DNA from: Terracidiphilus sp.
GTDB taxonomy: Bacteria > Acidobacteriota > Terriglobia > Terriglobales > Acidobacteriaceae
Assembly (NCBI GenBank): GCA_031296165.1
Contig: JARLGF010000140.1
Coordinates: forward strand, 7,775 to 71,774
Length of the DNA stretch: 64,000 nt
Direction: 5' to 3'
In this document: positions 18,778-27,299 of the stretch, piece by piece
How the letters are laid out: every line of letters starts with the position of its first letter
Numbering within the stretch: position 1 is the stretch's first letter
The notes under the pieces: generated by a model
The model's database searches: none
The model's input: only the letters and a program-made list of their open reading frames with translations
What the model was told of the DNA's origin: nothing
Program-made: the position numbers and the translations under genes

Positions 18778-20218
18778 CTCTGCATTCAGCTTGGTGTCGG
18801 GGGCCTTGGACGCCGATCAGGAAGCACTGAATATTGTAGCCAATAATGTGGCGAATGCTAGTACGACAGGCTACACAAGGGAGACACCCACTTGGCAGGA
18901 GAATGATCCGGTCGAGATCAATGGTGTTTCCTACGGTACAGGGGTTACGGAGACAGGTGCCACCTCAGTGCGGGATACCGTGCTGGAGGAGCGTCTGAAC
19001 CAGCAGCAGCAGTTGGCCTCTGCCTCCAGTTCGCGCCTTACGGCGTTGGATTCGGTCCAGGATCTGTTCACAGTTGCTTCTAGCTCATCTTCTTCTTCGA
19101 CTGCGGGCGACATAGGCACCGACCTGACCAGCTTTTTTAGTTCATTCTCTTCGCTGGAGGCCAATCCAACCGAGAATTCAGCTCGCCAGGAGGTGCTTTC
19201 CTCAGCAAAAACCCTGGCTGGCGATGTGTCCAGTGCGGCGGCAAGTCTGAACTCGCAGAAATCGGCACTGGATCAGGATGCTAGCGGTGTTACCAGCCAG
19301 GTGAATTCGCTGACCAGCGCGCTGGCCCAGTTGAACACGGAGATTCAATCCATCTCGCCAGATGGCGATGCTGGAACGCTTGAGGATCAGCGCCAGGAGG
19401 ATCTGAGCCAGCTTTCGAAGTTGATCGGAATCAACCAGATTAGTACGTCGGACAACAGCCTCACGATCACTACAACTTCTGGCCAATTGCTGGTTTCCGG
19501 GGGAACGAGCAATCAGTTGACGACCGGCAAGGTGAACGGTGTAACCGATTTTTTTGTGGGGGGGACGGATATTACCAGCCAGTTGACCAGTGGCGGGGGG
19601 GAGTTGGGAGGGTACCTGACGGCGCGAGACCAGGACATTCCGAGCGTACTCAGTTCTCTCGATCAACTGGCCTATAGTGTGTCCACGCAGGTGAATGCAC
19701 TGAACAACTCGGGAACCGACGGGAATGGAACGGAAGGCACAGGGACCAATTCGGCCGGAGTTACCGGCACAGGAACCACTGCTCTCTACATCTTTAACGA
19801 ACCCACGCAAGTGTCGGGGAGTGCGGCGGCGATGAGTGTGGTTATGAGCGATCCGAGTCAAATAGCGGCAGCTGGATTGGGGAAAGGAACGGGGAACAGC
19901 ACGAACGCCACGGCGATGTACAACCTTTCCACTTCATCCATTGTGGACAACCAGACGCCGACCAACTACTACTCGAACTTTGTATCGACGCTTGGAGCGA
20001 CGGTCTCCGGAGTGGAAACCGAGAATACGGCACAAGAGGCTTCAGTAACCCAGTTGCAGACCCAGAACGATTCGCTCTCCAGCGTAAATCTCAACGATGA
20101 AGCCTCCTCTCTGAGTACGTTGGAGCGCAGCTATCAGGCGGCATCGAAAGTTTTTTCGATGCTGGATACGATCATGGCTTCGGCCTTGAACCTGGGAGAA
20201 CAGACGACGGTATCTTAG
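18764..20218 (+). CDS. flgK: Flagellar hook-associated protein FlgK
   Basis: ANNVANASTTGYTRE, LEDQRQEDL, SSVNLNDEA..YQAASKV; RBS GGAGG before ATG 18764. Confidence 0.95.
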   Translation: MGTISSAFSLVSGALDADQEALNIVANNVANASTTGYTRETPTWQENDPVEINGVSYGTGVTETGATSVRDTVLEERLNQQQQLASASSSRLTALDSVQDLFTVASSSSSSSTAGDIGTDLTSFFSSFSSLEANPTENSARQEVLSSAKTLAGDVSSAAASLNSQKSALDQDASGVTSQVNSLTSALAQLNTEIQSISPDGDAGTLEDQRQEDLSQLSKLIGINQISTSDNSLTITTTSGQLLVSGGTSNQLTTGKVNGVTDFFVGGTDITSQLTSGGGELGGYLTARDQDIPSVLSSLDQLAYSVSTQVNALNNSGTDGNGTEGTGTNSAGVTGTGTTALYIFNEPTQVSGSAAAMSVVMSDPSQIAAAGLGKGTGNSTNATAMYNLSTSSIVDNQTPTNYYSNFVSTLGATVSGVETENTAQEASVTQLQTQNDSLSSVNLNDEASSLSTLERSYQAASKVFSMLDTIMASALNLGEQTTVS

Positions 20219-20275
20219 GCCTATTCTAAGCGCATAGGCGCGGCGCAGCGAAAGGCAGTTGTTCATTGGTGGAGG

Positions 20276-21190
20276 GTGACAATGCGGGTGGATCCTAATT
20301 ACTCATCGAATCTAGTGAAATCACTAGATCAGGTGCAGTCGAACTTGCAGTCGTTAACGAGTGAGCTGTCGAGCGGTGTGAGCTTCACGTCGCTGAGCCA
20401 GAACCCGGTAGCGGCGGGCGAAGATGTGCTGCTGATTAACCAGATACAGCAGGACGACTCTTTCACAACAACATCGAGCCAGGTTTCAGGCCAACTGCAA
20501 GTGGCCGATTCAACGCTTGGCAGCGTGGTTACCCAACTTACGCAAGCAATTTCACTGGCTACCAGCGCCAATAACGGTACATTGAACTCAAGCGACGTCA
20601 AATCTATCTCGACGCAAATCTCCGGCATTCTGGACGAAGTACAATCGCTTGCCAACACCAGCTATCAAGGGCAGTACATCTTTGCCGGTGGACAGACTTC
20701 CACGACTCCCTTTACCACCTCGACTACCACGTCGCCTGCGGTTACCAGCTATAACGGAGACGAGGATATTAATTATCTCCAGACGCCCAACGGTCAGAAG
20801 ATTCAGTTGAATGTGCCGGGGGATCAGATTTTCTCGGGCAGCGGTTCAAACAGCGTTTTTGCCGCATTGAATAGCCTGGTGGCAGACTATTCGAGCGGTA
20901 CCGTGGACACCAATAAGGCTGTGAGCGATACGGAGGCGTTAAGTACTGCACTGAACTACGTTTCCCAGCAGCGGGTAACTATCGACAACTCCATTACGCA
21001 AGTCAGCACAGCTTCAGAGGCAGTGACCAACGAAGAGACACAATTGACTACAGCTCAGACGAATCTGATGCAGGCCGATGTGGCGACGGTTTCCACTCAA
21101 CTGTCCACCGCAGAAGCTCAACAGACAGCGCTGGAAGACGTAATCGCGACACTCAATTCGAGTTCGAACGATCTGTTCAGCAAGCTGTAA
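20276..21190 (+). CDS. flgL: Flagellar hook-associated protein FlgL
   Basis: Flagellin-like termini, LANTSYQGQYIFAGGQT, follows flgK. Confidence 0.92.
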   Translation: MTMRVDPNYSSNLVKSLDQVQSNLQSLTSELSSGVSFTSLSQNPVAAGEDVLLINQIQQDDSFTTTSSQVSGQLQVADSTLGSVVTQLTQAISLATSANNGTLNSSDVKSISTQISGILDEVQSLANTSYQGQYIFAGGQTSTTPFTTSTTTSPAVTSYNGDEDINYLQTPNGQKIQLNVPGDQIFSGSGSNSVFAALNSLVADYSSGTVDTNKAVSDTEALSTALNYVSQQRVTIDNSITQVSTASEAVTNEETQLTTAQTNLMQADVATVSTQLSTAEAQQTALEDVIATLNSSSNDLFSKL

Positions 21191-21353
21191 TTGGCCTGCT
21201 CTGCATTTGCCCTCTATGAATGTGGCGGTGTCCTGCGATCCGTTATGCCCTGGAGTGTGCGGCACGCACCCCGCCCCAGAGGGGTTCCCGGTACGCCGCC
21301 GTGACCTTTAAAAACTCGGCATTCACCACAGGCTGTTAAGTTACCGGCTGCGG

Positions 21354-21438
21354 CTGAGTGCTGCGAAGACCCCGGTAGACAACCCCAGCGACAAAGACCT
21401 GTCGCCGGGGACCCCGGGTTGAGGAAAAAGCCACTCAG
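21354..21438. repeat. Nested palindromic (REP-like) element downstream of flgL
   Basis: Inner stem CCCCAGCGACA-aagacc-TGTCGCCGGGG (21383-21410) inside outer arms CTGAGTG (21354-60) / CACTCAG (21432-38). Confidence 0.55.
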
Positions 21439-21459
21439 ATCAGGCTGCCCGAGATGCGG

Positions 21460-21863
21460 CCTGTTGATTATCTGATTACCCCTCCCCCCCCCTCCCCCTA
21501 TGTATTTAGTCAAGTTCTCCATTTTCAACGAGATAATAGGAGTGCATCGCTGCAAGAATTAGATTCTAAAGGGGTTATATGTCAAAAATTAGATAACAAA
21601 GGGGTTACGGGCGTTTTTTGGCTCTTTTTGAGGTTAAAGTACCGCAATGCGAGATTTTTACGTTTCTGCATCGGTTTGAAAACTCCTCTGATGGTGTTCT
21701 TTGGGGCCCGGAACAGGGTAAAGCCGGGATTGAAGCCCTCCGTTCCAGCCGGGATTTTCTCTTTGCGGCTGGAGTGGCGGGGCTTGCTTATCCTGCGCTG
21801 GTTCAAAAAGACACTATGGATCGATTGTGCGCCTGGGCGGGGTAATTATCTGCAAACAGGCAG
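21460..21863 (+). repeat. Dispersed non-coding element, copy 1
   Basis: Colinear with 39058-39415: shared blocks CCCCCTATGTATTTAG, TTTCAACGAGATAA, AATTAGATTCTAAAGGGGTTAT, GGTTTGAAAACTCCTCTG, ATTGTGCGCCT, ATCTGCAAAC. Confidence 0.9.
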
Positions 21864-22003
21864 ATCGGAGAGCTGGGATCGGGGTGCAGGAATAGACAGA
21901 CTCGCGAGTCTGGGGGGCGAAGCCGGGGGTATCTCACCCATCTGAACTTACCGCGGACAGTGCGAGGTCGTCAGCGTCTATACTTTAGGGAAAAGGACAC
22001 ACT

Positions 22004-22228
22004 TTGCTCGCTCCAATCCGATTTATCTGGAATGCAACGCGCGGTCATCGGCTGGCTCCTTGGCGGAGCGAGTATGTACGCTGGCGCGTGGAGACCTATT
22101 CGGGTCAGAAGGCCGAGACGTTGACGGCCGGCAAGATCATGAGTTTTGCCTGGGCTGCGCGATGGGAGTTGTTGGGTTTTCTTGGCTGGACGGATCGTCT
22201 GGACCGTGAAGTGCGAAAGCGGGTATGA
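22004..22228 (+). CDS. Small Trp/Arg-rich hypothetical protein (74 aa)
   Basis: TTG start with AAGGA upstream; host-like codon usage; protein-like PWRSEYVRWRVETYSG segment. Confidence 0.65.
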   Translation: MLAPIRFIWNATRGHRLAPWRSEYVRWRVETYSGQKAETLTAGKIMSFAWAARWELLGFLGWTDRLDREVRKRV

Positions 22229-22367
22229 GTCCTTGCAGGCAGACCAATCAAGGGTGAATCCGGCAGCCTGCCAAGAGATTTCTATATTTTGTCCTTTCAT
22301 CCCGAAAGTTGAGTCTGCATAGAGATCGCTGGCAAACAGCTTCTGTTTTTCCGGAGTTTTTCCTCGC

Positions 22368-23399
22368 ATGAGATTTGGATTATTCCGTCTAGTCTGTATT
22401 GCGGCCGCGGCATTCACTGTGATGGTAGTGGCTGCCGAGGCACAGCAGTTGCCTCCAATCGAGCCGCCTCAAGCGCTGCCCAGCGAGCATTCCGACTCAC
22501 CAACGCTGCGCGTGATGGCCCAGGAAGTGCTGGTGCCCACGCTGGTGGAGAAGCGTGGCGGCGGCATCCTCTACGGACTCAAGCCGGACGATTTCGTACT
22601 CGAAGACAACGGTGTGCCGCAGAAGATCCGCGTGCAGGAGGAGATGGATACAGCGCCGGTCTCGCTGGTGGTGGCTGTCGAAGAGGGAGGCATGAGTGCT
22701 CTGGAATTTGCCAAACTGGCCAAGCTTGGGCCTTTGCTCGATCTGTTTCTCTCCGACGGCAGGAGCCGGGCAGCGCTTGTGGGTTTCGATTCCCGGCCCC
22801 ATCTCATTCGCGATTACACGCATTCCAGCGAGGACTTGAATGAGGCACTCCAGCATCTGGAACCGGGCAATGGGGGCGATGCGATTCTGGATACTGTGAG
22901 CTATGCAGTTGATCTGCTTCAGTCGCAGCCCAAGGAGTATCGCCGTGTTTTGCTGCTTATCAGCGAGGAGCGAGATCACGGCAGCAAGCACACCCGGCCG
23001 GAGCAGTTGATCCGTAAGATCGGCCAATCCGATGTACTGGTGCTGAGTGTGTCGTTTTCTCCCTCGCGCGCCGAACTGCTGCACGACATCAAGGATTCAG
23101 GCGACGAGCGGACCATGAATATGGTTTCCAGCCTGGTCATGATCGTGCAGGCGTTCAAGAAAAATGCTGCCAAAGAGGTTGCCCACATGAGTGGCGGAGA
23201 GTACACCACTTTCACCGGAGACAAGCGCTTCGAACAACGCGTGGTGGACGCAGCCAAACATGTCCGCAACCGGTACCTGATCACCTTCAGCCCCTCCAAT
23301 CCCACTCCCGGCCTGCATAGTATCCGGGTGCGTACAGCGCAGGACTACGGAGCCCGAATTGTGTCTCGAGCCAATTATTGGGTGGCGCAGGAGAAGTAG
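22368..23399 (+). CDS. Secreted VWA-domain protein (Acidobacterial VWFA-related type)
   Basis: Signal peptide; GLKPDDFVLEDNGVPQKI, RRVLLLISEERDHGS, SGGE, RNRYLITFSP..GLHSIRV. Confidence 0.85.
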   Translation: MRFGLFRLVCIAAAAFTVMVVAAEAQQLPPIEPPQALPSEHSDSPTLRVMAQEVLVPTLVEKRGGGILYGLKPDDFVLEDNGVPQKIRVQEEMDTAPVSLVVAVEEGGMSALEFAKLAKLGPLLDLFLSDGRSRAALVGFDSRPHLIRDYTHSSEDLNEALQHLEPGNGGDAILDTVSYAVDLLQSQPKEYRRVLLLISEERDHGSKHTRPEQLIRKIGQSDVLVLSVSFSPSRAELLHDIKDSGDERTMNMVSSLVMIVQAFKKNAAKEVAHMSGGEYTTFTGDKRFEQRVVDAAKHVRNRYLITFSPSNPTPGLHSIRVRTAQDYGARIVSRANYWVAQEK

Positions 23400-23603
23400 C
23401 AGCTTCAAGCGGACCAAGGGCCCCGGGAGTTGATTTCGACAATCGGCTCTCCCTACTCTTTCTAATAGATAGCCTCAAACCTGGATGGGTGTGCTTTCAG
23501 GTTTCCACTGGCCGGCGGATGGCGCCGGGCCGCATATTCATGGTAATCTCACATCAGACACTTAAAGAGTGGATCTGAGAAGACAAGAGGAGTAACACAC
23601 GCC

Positions 23604-23870
23604 GTGCTGGCGACTGCTAAGAAAACTACCCTGATTGAACGCTTCCGCACCCACGATACGGACACCGGCTCGCCGGAAGTCCAGATCGCGATACTGAGCG
23701 AGCGGATTGGCGAACTGACCGAACACTTCAAAACCCACAAGAAGGATCACGCTTCACGACGTGGCCTTTTGCAACTGGTCAGCAAGCGCCGCCGCCTGCT
23801 GGATTACCTGAAGACGCACGATGCCGATCGCTACCGCGACGTTATCGGCAAACTCGGTATCCGCAAGTAA
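23604..23870 (+). CDS. rpsO: 30S ribosomal protein S15
   Basis: [37 protein letters not shown]; GTG start, RBS GAGGAG. Confidence 0.99.
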   Translation: MLATAKKTTLIERFRTHDTDTGSPEVQIAILSERIGELTEHFKTHKKDHASRRGLLQLVSKRRRLLDYLKTHDADRYRDVIGKLGIRK

Positions 23871-24203
23871 TCGGAAAGTCAACTTTGACCCGGAAGCGCC
23901 CAGACCGAAAATTGGTCACGGTCCCCGATCTACCCAGAACCAGGGGCCATGGTGTACCTGGCGAACCGCACCCGCTGCCAGGGCTTGCGCACAGTTATCG
24001 ACTGAGCGCGGCCCCGGCAACGACGCTGACACGCAGGCTAGCCTGCAGGCCGGGAGAATCCGCTCCCCCGCGCAGAGCCCACTCTTTTGCGCGCGTCCTG
24101 CATAGGTCCGGCTCGATTGCCAGCCGCTTCGTCACCTTACCCACTCCCTCCGGCGCATTCCCCTTACAAGTTTCCCAAGCGAACACAATGAAACGAGGAC
24201 TCT

Positions 24204-26660
24204 ATGTCTACCAAGCATGAAGTAGCCGTCGAGCTTGCCGGCGGCAAGCGGTTGGTCTTTGAGACAGGCCGCATGGCCAAGCAAGCCTCTGGCGCCGCGC
24301 TGGTTACCACGGGCGAAACCGTTGTTCTGGCCACTGCGGTAGCTTCTCCCGATCCCCGGGAAGGCATCGATTTTTTCCCCCTCACCGTGGATTACCGTGA
24401 GTACACCTATGCTGGCGGGCGCATCCCCGGCGGCTTCATCAAGCGCGAAGGCCGTCCCAGCGAAAAAGAAGTGCTGACGTGCCGCCAGATTGACCGCCCG
24501 ATCCGTCCTCTTTTCCCCGACGGTTTCCGCAACGAGACGCAGGTGATAGCGCTGGTATTCTCCGCGGACAAGGAGAACGATCCCGACGTTGTGGGCATCA
24601 ATGCCGCTGCTTGTGCGCTTGCTCTCTCCGACATTCCTTTCAGCGCGACAGTCGGCGCCGTGCGCGTAGGCCGCGTAGATGGCCAGTTCGTCATCAATCC
24701 CACGTATGCCGAGCGCGCCGCCACCACGGTCAACATCATGGTCGTCGGCCACAAGGACGGGATCGTCATGATCGAGTCAGGCGCCCAGGAAGAGTCTGAA
24801 GAGGTCATCCTGGCGGCCATCGAGTTCGGCCATGTGGAGATCAAGAAGATTGTTGCCGCGATCGACGAGTTGGTTGCCGTTGCCGGCAAGCCCAAGCGGG
24901 CCTTTACCGCTCCAGAGTTCGACGAAGCATACTTTGCGGAACTCAAGGCAAAGGTCGAAGACCGGCTCAAGGACGCGCTGGACACCAAGACTCACGCCAA
25001 GCTGGAAAGCCAGACGCTGGTCAAGCAGATCAAGGACGAGCTGGCCGCCGCGCTTCCCGCCGACGACCCGGCCGCAAAAAAGAAGCTGGCTACCTACTAC
25101 GAAAAACTGCGCGAGCGGATCTTCCGTGAGCAGGTAACCAAGGAGCACATCCGGCCCGACCGGCGCGCCTTTGACGAGATTCGCCAGATCACCATCGAGA
25201 CCGGCGTTCTACCCCGCACGCATGGGTCGGCGCTGTTTACCCGCGGTGAGACGCAGGCTCTGGTTACGGCAACACTGGGCACGGCCGACGAAGGACAACG
25301 GCTGGAGAGCTATGAGGGCGAGAAGAAGAAGGCCTTCATGCTTCACTACAACTTCCCGCCCTTCTGCGTAGGCGAGACGGGCCGCATGGGCGGCACAGGC
25401 CGCCGCGAGATCGGCCACGGAGCATTGGCCGAGCGCGCCATCACAGCGGTTTTGCCAAGTGCGGAAGAGTCACCCTACACCATCCGCATTGTCAGCGACA
25501 TACTGGAATCCAACGGCTCTTCGTCGATGGCCACCGTTTGCGGAGCGAGTTTGGCACTGCTTGACTCGGGCATCGCACTGAAGGGCGCAGTGGCCGGAGT
25601 GGCCATGGGCCTGGTCAAGGAAGGCGAAGACTATGCCATCCTGACCGATATTGCCGGCGCGGAAGACCACTACGGCGATATGGACTTCAAGGTAGCCGGC
25701 ACCCGCAAGGGCATTACCGCGCTGCAGATGGACATCAAGATCGGCGGACTCACCCGCGAGATTCTTGAAAAGGCGATGGAACAGGCGCGCCGCGGCCGGC
25801 TTTTCCTGCTGGACAAGATGGACGCAGTGCTGGATGGACCTCGTACGGAGCGCTCGGCCTATGCGCCGCGCATTGAAACCGTCATGATTCCCACCGACAA
25901 GATTCGCGATCTGATCGGAAAGGGAGGCGCCACCATCCGCGGCATCATTGAGCAGACCGGCGCCAAGATCGATGTGGACGATACGGGCCGTGTCAATGTT
26001 GCCTCGTGCGACAGCGAGGGTCTGAAGAAGGCGCTCGAATTGATCGGCAACATCACCGCAGTGCCTGAAGTGGGCAAGGTATATCTGGGCAAAGTGGTTC
26101 GCCTGGCGGAGTTCGGCGCGTTTGTCGAGCTGTTCCCCGGCACAGATGGCCTGCTTCACATCTCCGAGATCGCGGAACATCGCGTGAAGGAAGTGAAGGA
26201 CGAACTGCGCGAGGGCGATCAGGTGATGGTCAAGGTTCTGGCCATCGAAGGCAATCGCATCAAGCTCAGCCGCAAGGCGCTCATCAAGGAACAGAAGGCC
26301 AAGCTGGTGCAATCGTCGCCTGCCGAGTCCGAGGATGTGGAGATTGCCGCAGCAGAGATTGAGGCGCCTGCAGTTGCACCCTCCAGGCCACGTCATGAGT
26401 TCGACGAGCATCAGCCGAAATCCAACCAGAGCACGATTCTCATTGAAGGCGGAGACGATTTCGATGAGGAGGGGGGCGAGGAGTTCGACGAGGAAAACGA
26501 GCCGAACTTCAACCGTGTAGAAGGTGCGCCGGTTCCGGCTGTACAAGCGGCTGGTGCGGGCCGTCCTCCGGCCAACAACAGCAATAGGCGCCGTCGGCGT
26601 CGCAGGCCGGCTGGCGGTGGTGGTGGCCGCGGTCCGAGCAGCGGTGGCGGCCAGGCCTGA
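24204..26660 (+). CDS. pnp: Polyribonucleotide nucleotidyltransferase (PNPase) with a long disordered C-terminal tail
   Basis: GRIPGGFIKREGRP, RREIGHGALAERA, ESNGSSSMA, DMDFKVAGT, KH and S1 domains; follows rpsO. Confidence 0.99.
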   Translation: MSTKHEVAVELAGGKRLVFETGRMAKQASGAALVTTGETVVLATAVASPDPREGIDFFPLTVDYREYTYAGGRIPGGFIKREGRPSEKEVLTCRQIDRPIRPLFPDGFRNETQVIALVFSADKENDPDVVGINAAACALALSDIPFSATVGAVRVGRVDGQFVINPTYAERAATTVNIMVVGHKDGIVMIESGAQEESEEVILAAIEFGHVEIKKIVAAIDELVAVAGKPKRAFTAPEFDEAYFAELKAKVEDRLKDALDTKTHAKLESQTLVKQIKDELAAALPADDPAAKKKLATYYEKLRERIFREQVTKEHIRPDRRAFDEIRQITIETGVLPRTHGSALFTRGETQALVTATLGTADEGQRLESYEGEKKKAFMLHYNFPPFCVGETGRMGGTGRREIGHGALAERAITAVLPSAEESPYTIRIVSDILESNGSSSMATVCGASLALLDSGIALKGAVAGVAMGLVKEGEDYAILTDIAGAEDHYGDMDFKVAGTRKGITALQMDIKIGGLTREILEKAMEQARRGRLFLLDKMDAVLDGPRTERSAYAPRIETVMIPTDKIRDLIGKGGATIRGIIEQTGAKIDVDDTGRVNVASCDSEGLKKALELIGNITAVPEVGKVYLGKVVRLAEFGAFVELFPGTDGLLHISEIAEHRVKEVKDELREGDQVMVKVLAIEGNRIKLSRKALIKEQKAKLVQSSPAESEDVEIAAAEIEAPAVAPSRPRHEFDEHQPKSNQSTILIEGGDDFDEEGGEEFDEENEPNFNRVEGAPVPAVQAAGAGRPPANNSNRRRRRRRPAGGGGGRGPSSGGGQA

Positions 26661-26677
26661 TAAGCAGCAATGTTAGA

Positions 26678-26724
26678 AGGCAAGAGAAAGGCCCGGACGC
26701 AGAGTCCGGGCCTTTCTCTTGCCT
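26678..26724. terminator. Intrinsic terminator after pnp
   Basis: Perfect 21 bp inverted repeat AGGCAAGAGAAAGGCCCGGAC-gcaga-GTCCGGGCCTTTCTCTTGCCT. Confidence 0.9.
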
Positions 26725-26842
26725 GTTATTGCGGCCATGCGATGCGCTTCAACTGCACTCCAGGCGTCAGCACGTAATTGATTGGGTGACCGTAACGGAA
26801 TTAATTGTCACTCATAGCTCTATCTAAACTAAACTCTTAGCG

Positions 26843-27253
26843 ATGGCTACGAGTCTATATATCGTTGTTGAAGGGGATGATCCAGGTTTCGACATTTTTG
26901 TGAATGGCCATGCCATGGCCCGCAATGAAGACGCCCTGGAAAAGTTGGCAGACCGGCTGCATGTGAATCCGCTTCTTGAATTCTTTTCCGCCGATGAGAA
27001 TTCGATGGCGCTGCTGCTGGAGCAAGGCGCAGGCAATCCGGATTGGGCTCGCCATTTGCCACAACCACAATGGTTTGACGCATCGGACGGCTTGCTAACG
27101 GTGCGTGCACTCATTGACTTTTTGTCGACGTCTCCCGCAGCTCTTGGCTCCGAGACGCAGCCGGTTCTCACCGAACTCCGCGAGTACGAGCGCGTGCTAC
27201 GCAAGACATCCCTGCACGGACTTCGCTGGCATATAGCCGTGAGTTGGCGTTAA
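26843..27253 (+). CDS. Hypothetical protein (136 aa)
   Basis: Clean ORF with globular composition filling the gap between pnp and murA; no family recognised. Confidence 0.75.
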   Translation: MATSLYIVVEGDDPGFDIFVNGHAMARNEDALEKLADRLHVNPLLEFFSADENSMALLLEQGAGNPDWARHLPQPQWFDASDGLLTVRALIDFLSTSPAALGSETQPVLTELREYERVLRKTSLHGLRWHIAVSWR

Positions 27254-27299
27254 AGCATTCAAAAACTCCGCTGCTCAATTTCTATACCAATCCAGATGG

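Noticed and set aside
20276-21190. Flagellin (fliC)
   Set aside because: Position after flgK and the YIFAG motif indicate FlgL; no flagellin is present in the window.
21557-21610. 30 bp-period repeats as a CRISPR array
   Set aside because: Only 2-3 imperfect units, no spacer-sized unique sequence and no cas genes.
21454-21945. 163 aa ORF spanning dispersed element copy 1, and minus-strand KYIGGGGGRG ORFs in both copies
   Set aside because: Copy 2 has an in-frame TAA and indels in the equivalent frame; shared peptides follow from DNA similarity. Coding is unlikely but not fully excluded.
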